Source of the DNA: Arenicellales bacterium
GTDB lineage: Bacteria; Pseudomonadota; Gammaproteobacteria; Arenicellales; JAJDZL01
Direction of reading: 5' to 3'
DNA length: 64,000 nt
Assembly (NCBI GenBank): GCA_965243305.1
Contig: CBDEUN010000002.1
Location: forward strand, 1,323-65,322
The position numbers were made by a program, and so were the translations under genes. The notes beneath the pieces were generated by a model. It did not search any database. It was not told where the DNA came from and saw only the letters and a program-made list of their open reading frames with translations. Shown here piece by piece: positions 47,971-57,094 of this stretch; position 1 is the first letter of the stretch; each line of letters starts with the position of its first letter.

Positions 47971-49407
47971 ATGCCGACAGTAAAAGGAAACCCACTACAG
48001 ATCCCCGCAGGACGAGAAGGCCTTGCGAGATTTATTCAAACAAAAGACCGCAACGCGCCGCCTTATTTTGCGGGACGCAAGCGGCTTCTGTCGGACATTG
48101 AGGATGCCTGCTCGGAAGTATGGCACTGTCATGAAAATAGATTGGCACAGAATAAAGGGTCAACTTGGATGATTTACGGTGCGCCCGGAGCGGGCAAGTC
48201 ATCGATTTTGGAGTATCTACAGTACGCTTGGCAGCAAGGCGCATACATGACTTTGGATGCAGCTGGGCGCGAGCGGCCCGGACCAACTCCGATGATGTTG
48301 AACTGCGACAGCAGTGAATTGTATTCACTGGAGGAGTTCTGCGAAAAGTTGGCGGCGTTCGTGTCACAAGGACAGGCAAAAAAACTGTTTGCACAAATCA
48401 GCAAGACCATGCGAGTTAGCGGTAGCGGAAGTATGGGATTTGTCGAAGGGTCTATTGAACATGAGAGGACAAAGCAGCATGATGCCGCCAGAGCCAGTCT
48501 GTCAACACTAGTTAGTGTGCTGTCGCACAGCAAGTGGAATCGTCCTGTGGTGATCAGCATTGATGAAGCGCAGAATCTGCCTGGCGATCCACGTTTGCCG
48601 GAGGGCCTTTTTCTTCGAGCGATGCACGGAAATCAGACCAATCTGCCGGTGATTGTGCTGCTGGCAGGATTGTCAGACACGAAGATGCGGGTCAGGGAAC
48701 TGGGACTGTCCCGGTTGTCAGATGAAAACACCTATTCACTGAATGGACTGGATGCGGCTGAGGTGGCGGAGCTGAAGGCGGGGTTCTGCGCCCATTTTGA
48801 GATTGATCTGGGCAGATATTCGAATGACTTCGATGCGCTGCTGCAGCGGACGGACGGATGGGCGGCGCATCTGCAGAACTGTCTGCGGGCATTCAGCAGG
48901 GTGTATCTGGAGGCGCAATGTAGAATTGAGGCAGTGGATTTTGCCAGAGTCGAACAGCTGAGCCAGGGATCGCGCATGCGATACTATCATGCCCGCATGA
49001 GCGATGCGATGAAAGACTCTGTAGGACTGCTGGGAACGTTGATGGCGCAGCTGACGGGAAGTGAGAAGCGATGGGATATTCTGGACATAATTCAACGGAT
49101 TGCAGATGACAATGCGAGCAGCCAGAGCCGGACCAAGAAATTGCCACACGGTATGAGCGCGGATGAATACTATAACGATCTGATTCATAGCGGTGCACTG
49201 CAGGAGCGCAATGATGGCAAGGTGGTCTGTCCCATACCGAGTTTTCGCCAGTTTCTGATTGAGTTGTCCAGACCGATCTCTAGTGCCGATTCAGCCGATG
49301 GAGATGGATATTCATTCCGCGAGGCGCCACCGCAGCTGCATTACGGCTTCACTTGGGATGCGCTGCAGCGCATTGAAGCGGCGCATGAGATTCAACCAGC
49401 ACCTTGA
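47971..49407 (+). CDS. AAA+ (AAA_16/Arch_ATPase/ORC-like) P-loop NTPase with a winged-helix-like C-terminal region
   Basis: 478 aa with FAGRKRLLSDIED...IYGAPGAGKSSIL (Walker A) and VVISIDEAQNL (Walker B). A C-terminal ...LIHSGALQERNDGKVVCPIPSFRQFLIE is wH-like. It is visibly GC-richer than its neighbours. Confidence 0.75.
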   Translation: MPTVKGNPLQIPAGREGLARFIQTKDRNAPPYFAGRKRLLSDIEDACSEVWHCHENRLAQNKGSTWMIYGAPGAGKSSILEYLQYAWQQGAYMTLDAAGRERPGPTPMMLNCDSSELYSLEEFCEKLAAFVSQGQAKKLFAQISKTMRVSGSGSMGFVEGSIEHERTKQHDAARASLSTLVSVLSHSKWNRPVVISIDEAQNLPGDPRLPEGLFLRAMHGNQTNLPVIVLLAGLSDTKMRVRELGLSRLSDENTYSLNGLDAAEVAELKAGFCAHFEIDLGRYSNDFDALLQRTDGWAAHLQNCLRAFSRVYLEAQCRIEAVDFARVEQLSQGSRMRYYHARMSDAMKDSVGLLGTLMAQLTGSEKRWDILDIIQRIADDNASSQSRTKKLPHGMSADEYYNDLIHSGALQERNDGKVVCPIPSFRQFLIELSRPISSADSADGDGYSFREAPPQLHYGFTWDALQRIEAAHEIQPAP

Positions 49408-50939
49408 ATTGGATCTGGCTTGATCTGGTGCTTCTGCTGCAGTCAAACGCGAACTCGCCTGTAAACTTCCCCTCTGTGCAATGATTTTGGGGTATCCGCC
49501 ATTCAATGCTCCAATTCAGGGGGTGTGATAGTCAGTGTATCGAGTTCGGATTCTTTCTTCGATAAATCGTCCAGCTGTAATATACCGAGTGCCATGAACC
49601 ATATCACTTTATCCATATCATCAGCAAGATATGGATTGCACCCGTCAATCGTCAGTTGCTGAATTCCGAATCAGATTCGTCTCATGTCAGATCAATTGAG
49701 GTGACATAGTCAGAAGCTGACCGAAAAATCATGAGAAAATTGCGGCAACAGAAATGCCTAGAACAGAGCGAAATGTGATTTTTCAACCGTTTATTTGATG
49801 TAATGATTCAGGTCGAATCAATAATGCGCTGAATCTAGAAGTTGTTTCAAACGTTATTCATAGATTAATCTCAACAAAAAATCGGAGTACCTGTTCTGAA
49901 ATGTCGAAAAACAATCCGAATCACCTGAATCCCAAACAATTTCGCAAAAATGGCTACCAAATGGTTGACCTGATTGCTGACTACATGCGCAACATTGAGC
50001 AATATCCAGTGCTGTCTCAAGTTGAACCAGGTGAAGTCTATAGAAGCCTGCCTGCTCGCCCGCCGGAACAGGGAGAACCTTTTCAAAATGTTCTAAATGA
50101 CGTTGATTCAAAAATTATTCCAGGTCTGACTCACTGGCAATCTCCAAACTTCTACGGATATTTTCCTACGCACGCATCCGGTCCATCAATCTTGGGCGAC
50201 TTTCTGTCATCTGGATTTGGCATTCAAGGAATGTTGTGGTCAACCAGTCCTGCTTGTACAGAATTGGAAACCCTAGTGCTAGACTGGATGGTTGAAATTG
50301 CTGGTTTGCCAGAACACTTTCATTCAAACCAGTCAGGCGGTGGCGTTATTCAGGAATCTGCATCAAGTGCGGCGCTTTGCGCTGCGGTTGCGGCAAGGGA
50401 GAAAGCACTGTCTACCAATCCCAAACGAAATATCACAGACCTGACTGCCTATATTTCAGGGCACACTCACTCTTCAGCAGAAAAGGGCCTGAGGATTGCA
50501 GGATTTCGAGACGAGCAGATTCGACGCCTTGACGTTGATGGCAGCTTTGCGATTAAGGCTGATGATTTTGCCAGACAAGTCAAAATTGACACTGATAATG
50601 GTCTCATTCCAGCATTCATCTGTGCAACAATCGGCACTACCTCGTCACTAGCGATTGACCCAGTACGTGAAATTTGTGAAGTAGCGAACAAGAATCAAAT
50701 ATGGGTACATGTTGATGCAGCTTATGCAGGTTCCGCTGCGGTATGTCCTGAATTTCGCGATCTGCTAGACGGCGTAGAACTGGTCGATAGCTACTGCTTT
50801 AATCCACACAAATGGTTACTGACTAATTTCGACTGCGACCTTTTTTACGTGGCAAACAAACCCGACTTAGTTAACGCCTTGACAATAACCCCCGAGTATC
50901 TGCGAAACAAAGCAACCGAATCTGGTCAGGTTTTTGACT

Positions 50940-50948
50940 ACAGCGGCT
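50940..50948. repeat. 9-bp target-site duplication ACAGCGGCT (left) of IS4 copy B
   Basis: Identical 9-mer at 52286..52294. Confidence 0.85.
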
Positions 50949-52285
50949 CACTAGTGTCCCGTTAAATTATCGAATAAATTCAATTGTTTAAGAGACGGCC
51001 GCGGTTCTGGTTTGGGATTGTAATTTGCAAGTAGTTGAATTAGTGTCATTTTCTCAAATAAAGTCGTATCAAGAACCTGGCAGAAAGTGTAGAGATTTTC
51101 CTTGAAATTCACTCGTTTCCTGATGATCGCAAGTAACACATAAACCGAAACAGCAATCCAGATTTGTGTTTTGACGGCATTTTCGCTGGTACCGTAGAAC
51201 GATTTGATTCGCAGGTGCTGTTTGATCCACTTAAAGAAAAGCTCCACCTGCCATCTGTTCCTGTATAGTTCAGCAATAGTCAGCGCCGGCAGATATGTAT
51301 TGTTGGTCAGGAAAATCAGACTCTTGTCCCGCTCGCGGTCGACATACCTGATGCGTCTGAGTTTATCCGGATAACGCTTCGCACTTTTGGTCCCGGTCAG
51401 CACACCGCTCTGATCATAGATCAACCCTTCATTCCTGTCGTTTGCATGCGAGTACAGGCGGCGGAATTGGGTGTTGGATTTGGCACGCACCACAAAGTAG
51501 CTGCCGTAGCGGTGAAACGTGTGCAGGCGCTCGTAATCAAGGTATGCCCGATCCATCACATAGATGGCGCCGGGTTCTGGCAGCAGGGCATCAAGAACGT
51601 TGACATCATTGAGCTTCGCTTCGGTGATTTCGATGAATGAGGGGATGTTTCCCTGTAAATCCAATAATGTATGCAGCTTGATGCCGGATTTGGTTTTGCG
51701 AAACCGTGCCCACGGAAACACCGACAGGCACAGATCGATGGTTGAGGAGTCGAGGGCATAGATGGTTTCCTGAAGATTCAGCCCGCTGTCTTGCGGGCCA
51801 TACAGTGGCCGAGCTTGTGCGATCAGGTGTTGCGCAAAGTCGGCATACAGGCGCCAGTCGCGATTTTCATTCGCTTTGGCCAGCGTGCTTCTCGACACCC
51901 CGCCGGGCAAACCCAAGTGGTACAGTTTGTCGTGATGGGTACGCAGGCAAACCACCAGATCGCGTAAACTGCTGCGGCGATTCAACTGCGCAATGGCCAT
52001 GGCCCGGTATTGTTGTGAGCAATAAAAGGATTGAACTTTGTGATCGCCCCGGTAGCGATCCACACAGCGGTGAAACGATTTCCATGGCAGGTGGGCCATA
52101 AGCTGCGAAAAAATGAACTTTCCCTCGTACATGATGGGTATACTCCTGATTGATAATAACTCGGTTTGGAGGGTTATTCGAGACCACTGCTTTCGCTGAA
52201 GTCTCGGACACCCTCCAACAGGGGTTTATATTATTGAAATCAATCAGATACACCACTGTTTTCTCAAAACAACGGGACACTAGTG
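50949..52285 (-). mobile_element. IS4-family insertion sequence, copy B (1337 bp, inverted relative to copy A)
   Basis: Same termini and same transposase translation as copy A. It has its own 9-bp TSD. Confidence 0.9.
50951..52132 (-). CDS. IS4-family DDE transposase (identical to 44778..45959)
   Basis: The 393-aa translation is identical to copy A in the ORF track. Confidence 0.9.
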   Translation of the reverse strand: MYEGKFIFSQLMAHLPWKSFHRCVDRYRGDHKVQSFYCSQQYRAMAIAQLNRRSSLRDLVVCLRTHHDKLYHLGLPGGVSRSTLAKANENRDWRLYADFAQHLIAQARPLYGPQDSGLNLQETIYALDSSTIDLCLSVFPWARFRKTKSGIKLHTLLDLQGNIPSFIEITEAKLNDVNVLDALLPEPGAIYVMDRAYLDYERLHTFHRYGSYFVVRAKSNTQFRRLYSHANDRNEGLIYDQSGVLTGTKSAKRYPDKLRRIRYVDRERDKSLIFLTNNTYLPALTIAELYRNRWQVELFFKWIKQHLRIKSFYGTSENAVKTQIWIAVSVYVLLAIIRKRVNFKENLYTFCQVLDTTLFEKMTLIQLLANYNPKPEPRPSLKQLNLFDNLTGH

Positions 52286-52294
52286 ACAGCGGCT
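52286..52294. repeat. 9-bp target-site duplication ACAGCGGCT (right) of IS4 copy B
   Basis: See the left copy. Confidence 0.85.
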
Positions 52295-52687
52295 GGCAAA
52301 TTTCGCTTGGTCGGCGTTTTCGTTCGCTAAAGCTCTGGTTTGTGATTCGTCACTACGGCGTGGAGGGATTGCGAGCACATATACGTAAACATATAGAACT
52401 CGCTGAACATTTTGAATCGCTGGTCGAATCCAACTCAAGCTATGAGATATTTCAACCCAGAGTGTTAAATCTTGTCTGCTTCCGCCACAAGAACGGAAAC
52501 GCGATAACCAAACAGATTCTTGAAAAGATAAATTCCGAAGGAAAAATCTTCTTAACTCACACGATTCTTGACGATGTGTACGTAATGCGATTTGTACCGG
52601 GCGCGATTCATACTGAAATGCGACACATTGATGCAGCTTGGGCGGAGTTTGTCAAAGCCGCGGACTAGCCTGAATTGAATTTGTCAG

Positions 52688-53485
52688 TCAATGAGCTGAC
52701 CAACCGCCGTCGATGGACAATGTCGAACCGTTTATGCCACTAGCTTGATTTCTGCAAAGGTAGGCAGCCAGTGCACCAATTTCGCTTGGCTCAATAAACT
52801 GTTCAGTCGGATGCTTGTCATGTAGCATCTCGTAAACAACTTGATCTGCAGATTTGTTCTCAGAAGCAGATCGATCCCGAATTTGATTGCGAATAATTTC
52901 CGTGTCTACATAACCAGGACAGATTGCATTACAGGTTATTCCAGACTTCGCGTTTTCGAGTGCAATAACCTTGGTTAACCCGACTACACCGTGCTTGGCG
53001 GCTATATAAGCTGATTTGTTAACGCTTCCAACCAGTCCATGTACGGATGCGATATTGATGATTCGCCCCCACTGATTGGCAATCATTCCGGGAATGACCA
53101 CTTTGGAGCAGTGGAATACCGCAGACAGGTTGACCGCTATGATTTCATTCCATTTTTCATCTGGGAAATCCTCAACCCGGGAAACGAATTGAACGCCAGC
53201 GTTATTGACTAGAATGTTCACCTGTCCATATTCCTTGGCAAAGTTCGTCAACCCTTCACTGATTTCGCCAACCTCGCGCAAGTCAAAGCCACAGTAGGTA
53301 ACCTCAACTTCATACTCTGACTGAAACCTGGATGAAATGTCCTGAACCTGTTCAGAGGTCGCAAATCCGTTCAAACCAATGTTACAGCCAGCAGCCGCCA
53401 ATTGCTCTGCAACTGCCAGCCCAATTCCTGAAGTTGAACCAGTGATAAACGCATTCTTGCCCTCTAAGCTGCGATCAACATTCAT
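52688..53485 (-). CDS. 3-hydroxybutyrate dehydrogenase-like SDR
   Basis: 265 aa. The N-terminus GKNAFITGSTSGIGLAVAEQLAAAGCNIGLNGF and the catalytic YIAAKHG match the BdhA-type pattern. Confidence 0.75.
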   Translation of the reverse strand: MNVDRSLEGKNAFITGSTSGIGLAVAEQLAAAGCNIGLNGFATSEQVQDISSRFQSEYEVEVTYCGFDLREVGEISEGLTNFAKEYGQVNILVNNAGVQFVSRVEDFPDEKWNEIIAVNLSAVFHCSKVVIPGMIANQWGRIINIASVHGLVGSVNKSAYIAAKHGVVGLTKVIALENAKSGITCNAICPGYVDTEIIRNQIRDRSASENKSADQVVYEMLHDKHPTEQFIEPSEIGALAAYLCRNQASGINGSTLSIDGGWSAH

Positions 53486-53500
53486 GGCATGGACCAGATA

Positions 53501-55039
53501 TCAGTCTTCCGGGATCAGGCTACTGGCGACCTGCAATCGTTGGATCTTTCCTGACGGTCCTTTTGGCAGGTCATCGACAAAGAAAATTCGACTGGGGCAG
53601 AGAAATGAACCTAGTTCTGTCCGACAATATTCCATCAATTCTTCTTCACTGTACGATTGATCCGCTTTCAATACTACCGCAATGGCAACAACTTGCCCAT
53701 ATGCTGAGTCCGGATAACCAAAGGTCGCCACTTCTAGAATTGCCTTGTTCCTGTAAAGCACATCATCGATTTCTCTGGGAGAAATATTTTCGCCACCTTT
53801 GATAATTAGCTCCTTAATTCGTCCTGTTACGAAGAAATAACCATCATCATCTTGATAACCGCGATCTCCGGTTCGAAACCACCCATCCGCTGTGAAGGCA
53901 GATTCAGTAACTTCTCGTGCATTGTAGTACTGCGAAATTACATTATCACCACGCACTACGATCTCACCGATTTCGCCACGTTCCAAATCATCGCCAGAAT
54001 GATCAATGATCTTGACTTTGTTGCCGAACGGGATTCCTACTGATCCCGGCTTTCGTGTAGCGGGTGGCATCGGATTAGCTAGAATTGGCGCTGCCGACTC
54101 TGTCAATCCCATCGATTCCAACATAGGAATTCCAAAAGTTTTCTCAAAGTCTATCAGCATCGAAGCTGGCATGGCCGATGATGCCGACCGGGCAAACCTT
54201 AAACAAGAGGTGTCCCGAAGTTTTTGTTCACCGCCTTTGGCATGCACATCATCCAGTAAATACTTGGTGATGGTCGGCACAGTACTGAACCAAGTGCAAT
54301 GATTGTCCATCAGCGTCGACCAAAACCTCGACAAACTGAACTTTCTAGGCATCACGACCTGAGAACCACTGACTAGTGGAGCGACTACCGTTACAACTTG
54401 ACCATTGATGTGATACAGCGGAAGAATACAAAATGCGATGTCGTCTTCTTTCAGGTTCTGTGCCAATACTACATTCTTTCCACCTGCGATTAAGTTTCCG
54501 TGACTCAATACAGCACCCTTGGGTACACCAACCGTTCCTGAAGTATGCAAAATCATTGCGGGAGTGTCTTTGGCTAACTCAGTTTCTGAATCATACTCAG
54601 TAGAGAAATTCAGAAATTCAAGATCAAATCCATGTTCCATATCCACTTCAATGACCTGTATAGACCTATCAATATCGGACAGTACTCTGTCTAGTAAGGA
54701 ACGGTGTGCAGTGCTCACAAATATTAAGTCGAGTTTGGCATTTTCAACAGCAAACCTCAAATTCCTGTGGCTCGCAACTGCGTTGAGTGGTACTGTCACC
54801 GAATCGTGATACATCGTACCCAGCATCACAACGACTGTCCAGTAGCCGTTGTCCATCAAGAATCCAACATTACCTGCAGACGATACGCTTAACTGATTTA
54901 GCATATTGCCAAATCGAACAGCATTTTCTTTTAGTTCCAAATAACTCATCTTTTGAGCAGAATCCGGATCAACCAGAAATACACGATCAGGAACTTCAAC
55001 CGCGCGTTGATCGATCAGTGATCGAAAAGATTCAGACAA
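53501..55039 (-). CDS. AMP-dependent acyl-CoA synthetase/ligase
   Basis: 512 aa with HTSGTVGVPKGA, TGDRGY and the C-terminal PKGPSGKIQR. Confidence 0.85.
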   Translation of the reverse strand: MSESFRSLIDQRAVEVPDRVFLVDPDSAQKMSYLELKENAVRFGNMLNQLSVSSAGNVGFLMDNGYWTVVVMLGTMYHDSVTVPLNAVASHRNLRFAVENAKLDLIFVSTAHRSLLDRVLSDIDRSIQVIEVDMEHGFDLEFLNFSTEYDSETELAKDTPAMILHTSGTVGVPKGAVLSHGNLIAGGKNVVLAQNLKEDDIAFCILPLYHINGQVVTVVAPLVSGSQVVMPRKFSLSRFWSTLMDNHCTWFSTVPTITKYLLDDVHAKGGEQKLRDTSCLRFARSASSAMPASMLIDFEKTFGIPMLESMGLTESAAPILANPMPPATRKPGSVGIPFGNKVKIIDHSGDDLERGEIGEIVVRGDNVISQYYNAREVTESAFTADGWFRTGDRGYQDDDGYFFVTGRIKELIIKGGENISPREIDDVLYRNKAILEVATFGYPDSAYGQVVAIAVVLKADQSYSEEELMEYCRTELGSFLCPSRIFFVDDLPKGPSGKIQRLQVASSLIPED

Positions 55040-55050
55040 GGGGGTGAACC

Positions 55051-56478
55051 TCAGAGCGATTTGTCGGGATGATACTTTCGGAGAAATTCTCCGAATAGGC
55101 TTTCCTCACTAGGTTTGTCCTCAGGAATTTCTGTGGACAAATGCGTGATGTTGATGAAGTGTCGGTAATTCAGATTTTCAGTGATACTGTTTCCGCCCCA
55201 GGTACCGCATCCCATACTCAAGGTAAACGGAAAGCCGCTGGTAAAGCCGCCACCGTTTCCAAACGTGTGTGCTTGGTTAACCAGTACTCGAACGACATCA
55301 AGGTTCTCCGCAAGGTACTTGGCTTTACTCTGATCTGCAGTGTGAATACCACAGGAATGCCCTGCCCCCTGATAATCAAGAATAGCACGCACTTTGGCTA
55401 CCGCATCATCGAAATTCGAAACTCGATATGCGGTCATGAAAAGTGACAGTTTTTCGCCCGATAGGGGGTATTCGGGACCCGTTCCCAATTCCTCTACAAT
55501 GATGAATCTTGTTGTCTCAACGGGTGCAGCCAAACCACAGTGCCTGATCAGTACGTCTGCGTCCTTGGCAATGAGTGAGCGGTTCAACTTCCTAGGAGAA
55601 GTCCACAATGTATTGACGATTCGGTCTTTCTCTTCCGCAGTCGCCAGATATCCACCGGCTTCGGCAAAAGCGTCCATCATATCTTCGTAGACTGAATCAA
55701 GCACAATGACTGAATTTTCAGACGAACAGGAGGTGCCATTGTCAAAGGTTTTTGACATGCCAATCAACTTGGCGGCACGCTGCAAGTCGGCTGACTCATC
55801 CACGATTACCGGCACGTTACCCACACCGACACCAATTGTCGGTGTGCCGCTTGAATATCCACCTTTTACATTGTTTTGTGAGCCGGTAACCAAAACCAAG
55901 TCAACAGACCGCATCAGTTGTTGGGTCATTTCCCGACTAACCGGTGACGGAAGAATTTGAATCAGATCTTGCGGAGCACCGACAGTTTTCAAGCCCTCAC
56001 GCATCAGTCCCACTGCATGATTCGTTGTTTTCCAACCGGCTGGTGAAGGCGCAATAATAATTGCATTGCGGCCCTTGATAGCCATCATACACTTGTTGAC
56101 CGGAGTGGCTGCCGGGTTGGTTGAAGGTGTAACAGCACCGACTATACCGACCGGCTTTGCGTACTTGACAATGCCTAGTTCCTTGTCTTCATCGATGATC
56201 CCTACCGTACGTGCGCGCAAAAGGTCGCGTAAGGTACCAAAGGTTTTGCGTTGATTCTTGGTGATCTTGTCGTTAACATTCCCAAGTTCGGTATCCTGCA
56301 CTGCTAATTCCGCCAGTTTCCTGGCATTGCTTGGCTTATACAACGACCAGGCAACTGCCGTAACCGCTTCGTCCACAGAATATTGGTCAGCGTTTCGAAA
56401 CTCGTTAAACGCTTGTCGTGAGCGCTGAACAAGTGAATCAACAATGCTTTCAACGCTGATATTTTCCAAGTTTTCCAC
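55051..56478 (-). CDS. CoA-acylating aldehyde dehydrogenase (EutE/PduP/AdhE-N-terminal-like)
   Basis: 475 aa ALDH fold. The catalytic-Cys context DNGTSCSSENSVIV resembles acylating ALDHs. Confidence 0.75.
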   Translation of the reverse strand: MENLENISVESIVDSLVQRSRQAFNEFRNADQYSVDEAVTAVAWSLYKPSNARKLAELAVQDTELGNVNDKITKNQRKTFGTLRDLLRARTVGIIDEDKELGIVKYAKPVGIVGAVTPSTNPAATPVNKCMMAIKGRNAIIIAPSPAGWKTTNHAVGLMREGLKTVGAPQDLIQILPSPVSREMTQQLMRSVDLVLVTGSQNNVKGGYSSGTPTIGVGVGNVPVIVDESADLQRAAKLIGMSKTFDNGTSCSSENSVIVLDSVYEDMMDAFAEAGGYLATAEEKDRIVNTLWTSPRKLNRSLIAKDADVLIRHCGLAAPVETTRFIIVEELGTGPEYPLSGEKLSLFMTAYRVSNFDDAVAKVRAILDYQGAGHSCGIHTADQSKAKYLAENLDVVRVLVNQAHTFGNGGGFTSGFPFTLSMGCGTWGGNSITENLNYRHFINITHLSTEIPEDKPSEESLFGEFLRKYHPDKSL

Positions 56479-56748
56479 CTATAGCCTCTTACCTCGTACA
56501 GGGCGACTCATTATAAGCCTGTGGCATGAAGTGTAGAAGAGATGGAAAATCCGATTCTACGAGTTTAATTTGGCGATCTACTGTTTTTTTGATTCAACGC
56601 GTTCATATCATCACAAAATTGGAACGATGGTTCGCTGTAAAATTTCGCTTTCTCTCACAAGACGGTTGTTTAAGTCGGAGTCGACTAAGCTTCGGCGTCA
56701 ATCAACCACTCACACCCCTTAATTCTTATTCTTAAGGAGAAAATTTCT

Positions 56749-57087
56749 GTGAAGCAGATAAACTGGAGCGAATTCGAACAGGTTGAACTTCGTGTCGGAA
56801 CTATTTTGACAGTTCAGGAGTTCCCCGAGGCGCGCAAGCCTGCCTACAAAGTTACCGCCGATTTCGGTGAGGAAATTGGTACTCTCAAATCAAGTGCGCA
56901 GATTACCGATCTTTATTCACCTGAAGACCTGATCGGCAGTCAGATCGTCGGTGTTGTTAACTTTCCGGATAAACAAATCGGTCCGTTTATGTCGCAGTTT
57001 CTGTTAACCGGATTTGTTCAACAAGACGGTAGCGTCGTCATCGCAAAGCCAGAGCGCCGCGTAGACAACGGTGCAAAGCTGGCCTGA
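56749..57087 (+). CDS. tRNA-binding domain protein (CsaA/YgjH-like)
   Basis: 112 aa with a GTG start. FEQVELRVGTILTVQEFPEARKPAYKVTADFG matches the CsaA pattern. Confidence 0.8.
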   Translation: MKQINWSEFEQVELRVGTILTVQEFPEARKPAYKVTADFGEEIGTLKSSAQITDLYSPEDLIGSQIVGVVNFPDKQIGPFMSQFLLTGFVQQDGSVVIAKPERRVDNGAKLA

Positions 57088-57094
57088 AGAAGGA

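Larger units (their letters stand above)
49901..52668 (+). pseudogene. Aromatic-L-amino-acid decarboxylase-like PLP enzyme, split by IS4 copy B
   Basis: The N fragment (49901..50948) has HWQSPNFYGYFP, HVDAAYAG and NPHKW. The C fragment (52295..52668) starts WQISLGRRFRSLKLWF. Deleting 50949..52294 restores ...VFDYSGWQISLGRRF..., giving a 473-aa ORF. Confidence 0.9.

Noticed and set aside
44625-52285. Interpretation of the IS4-cargo-IS4 structure as a composite transposon that arrived as a unit
   Set aside because: The outer flanks (ATGGAAAAG on the left, ACAGCGGCT on the right) do not match each other. Instead each IS has its own matching TSD, so the two copies inserted independently.
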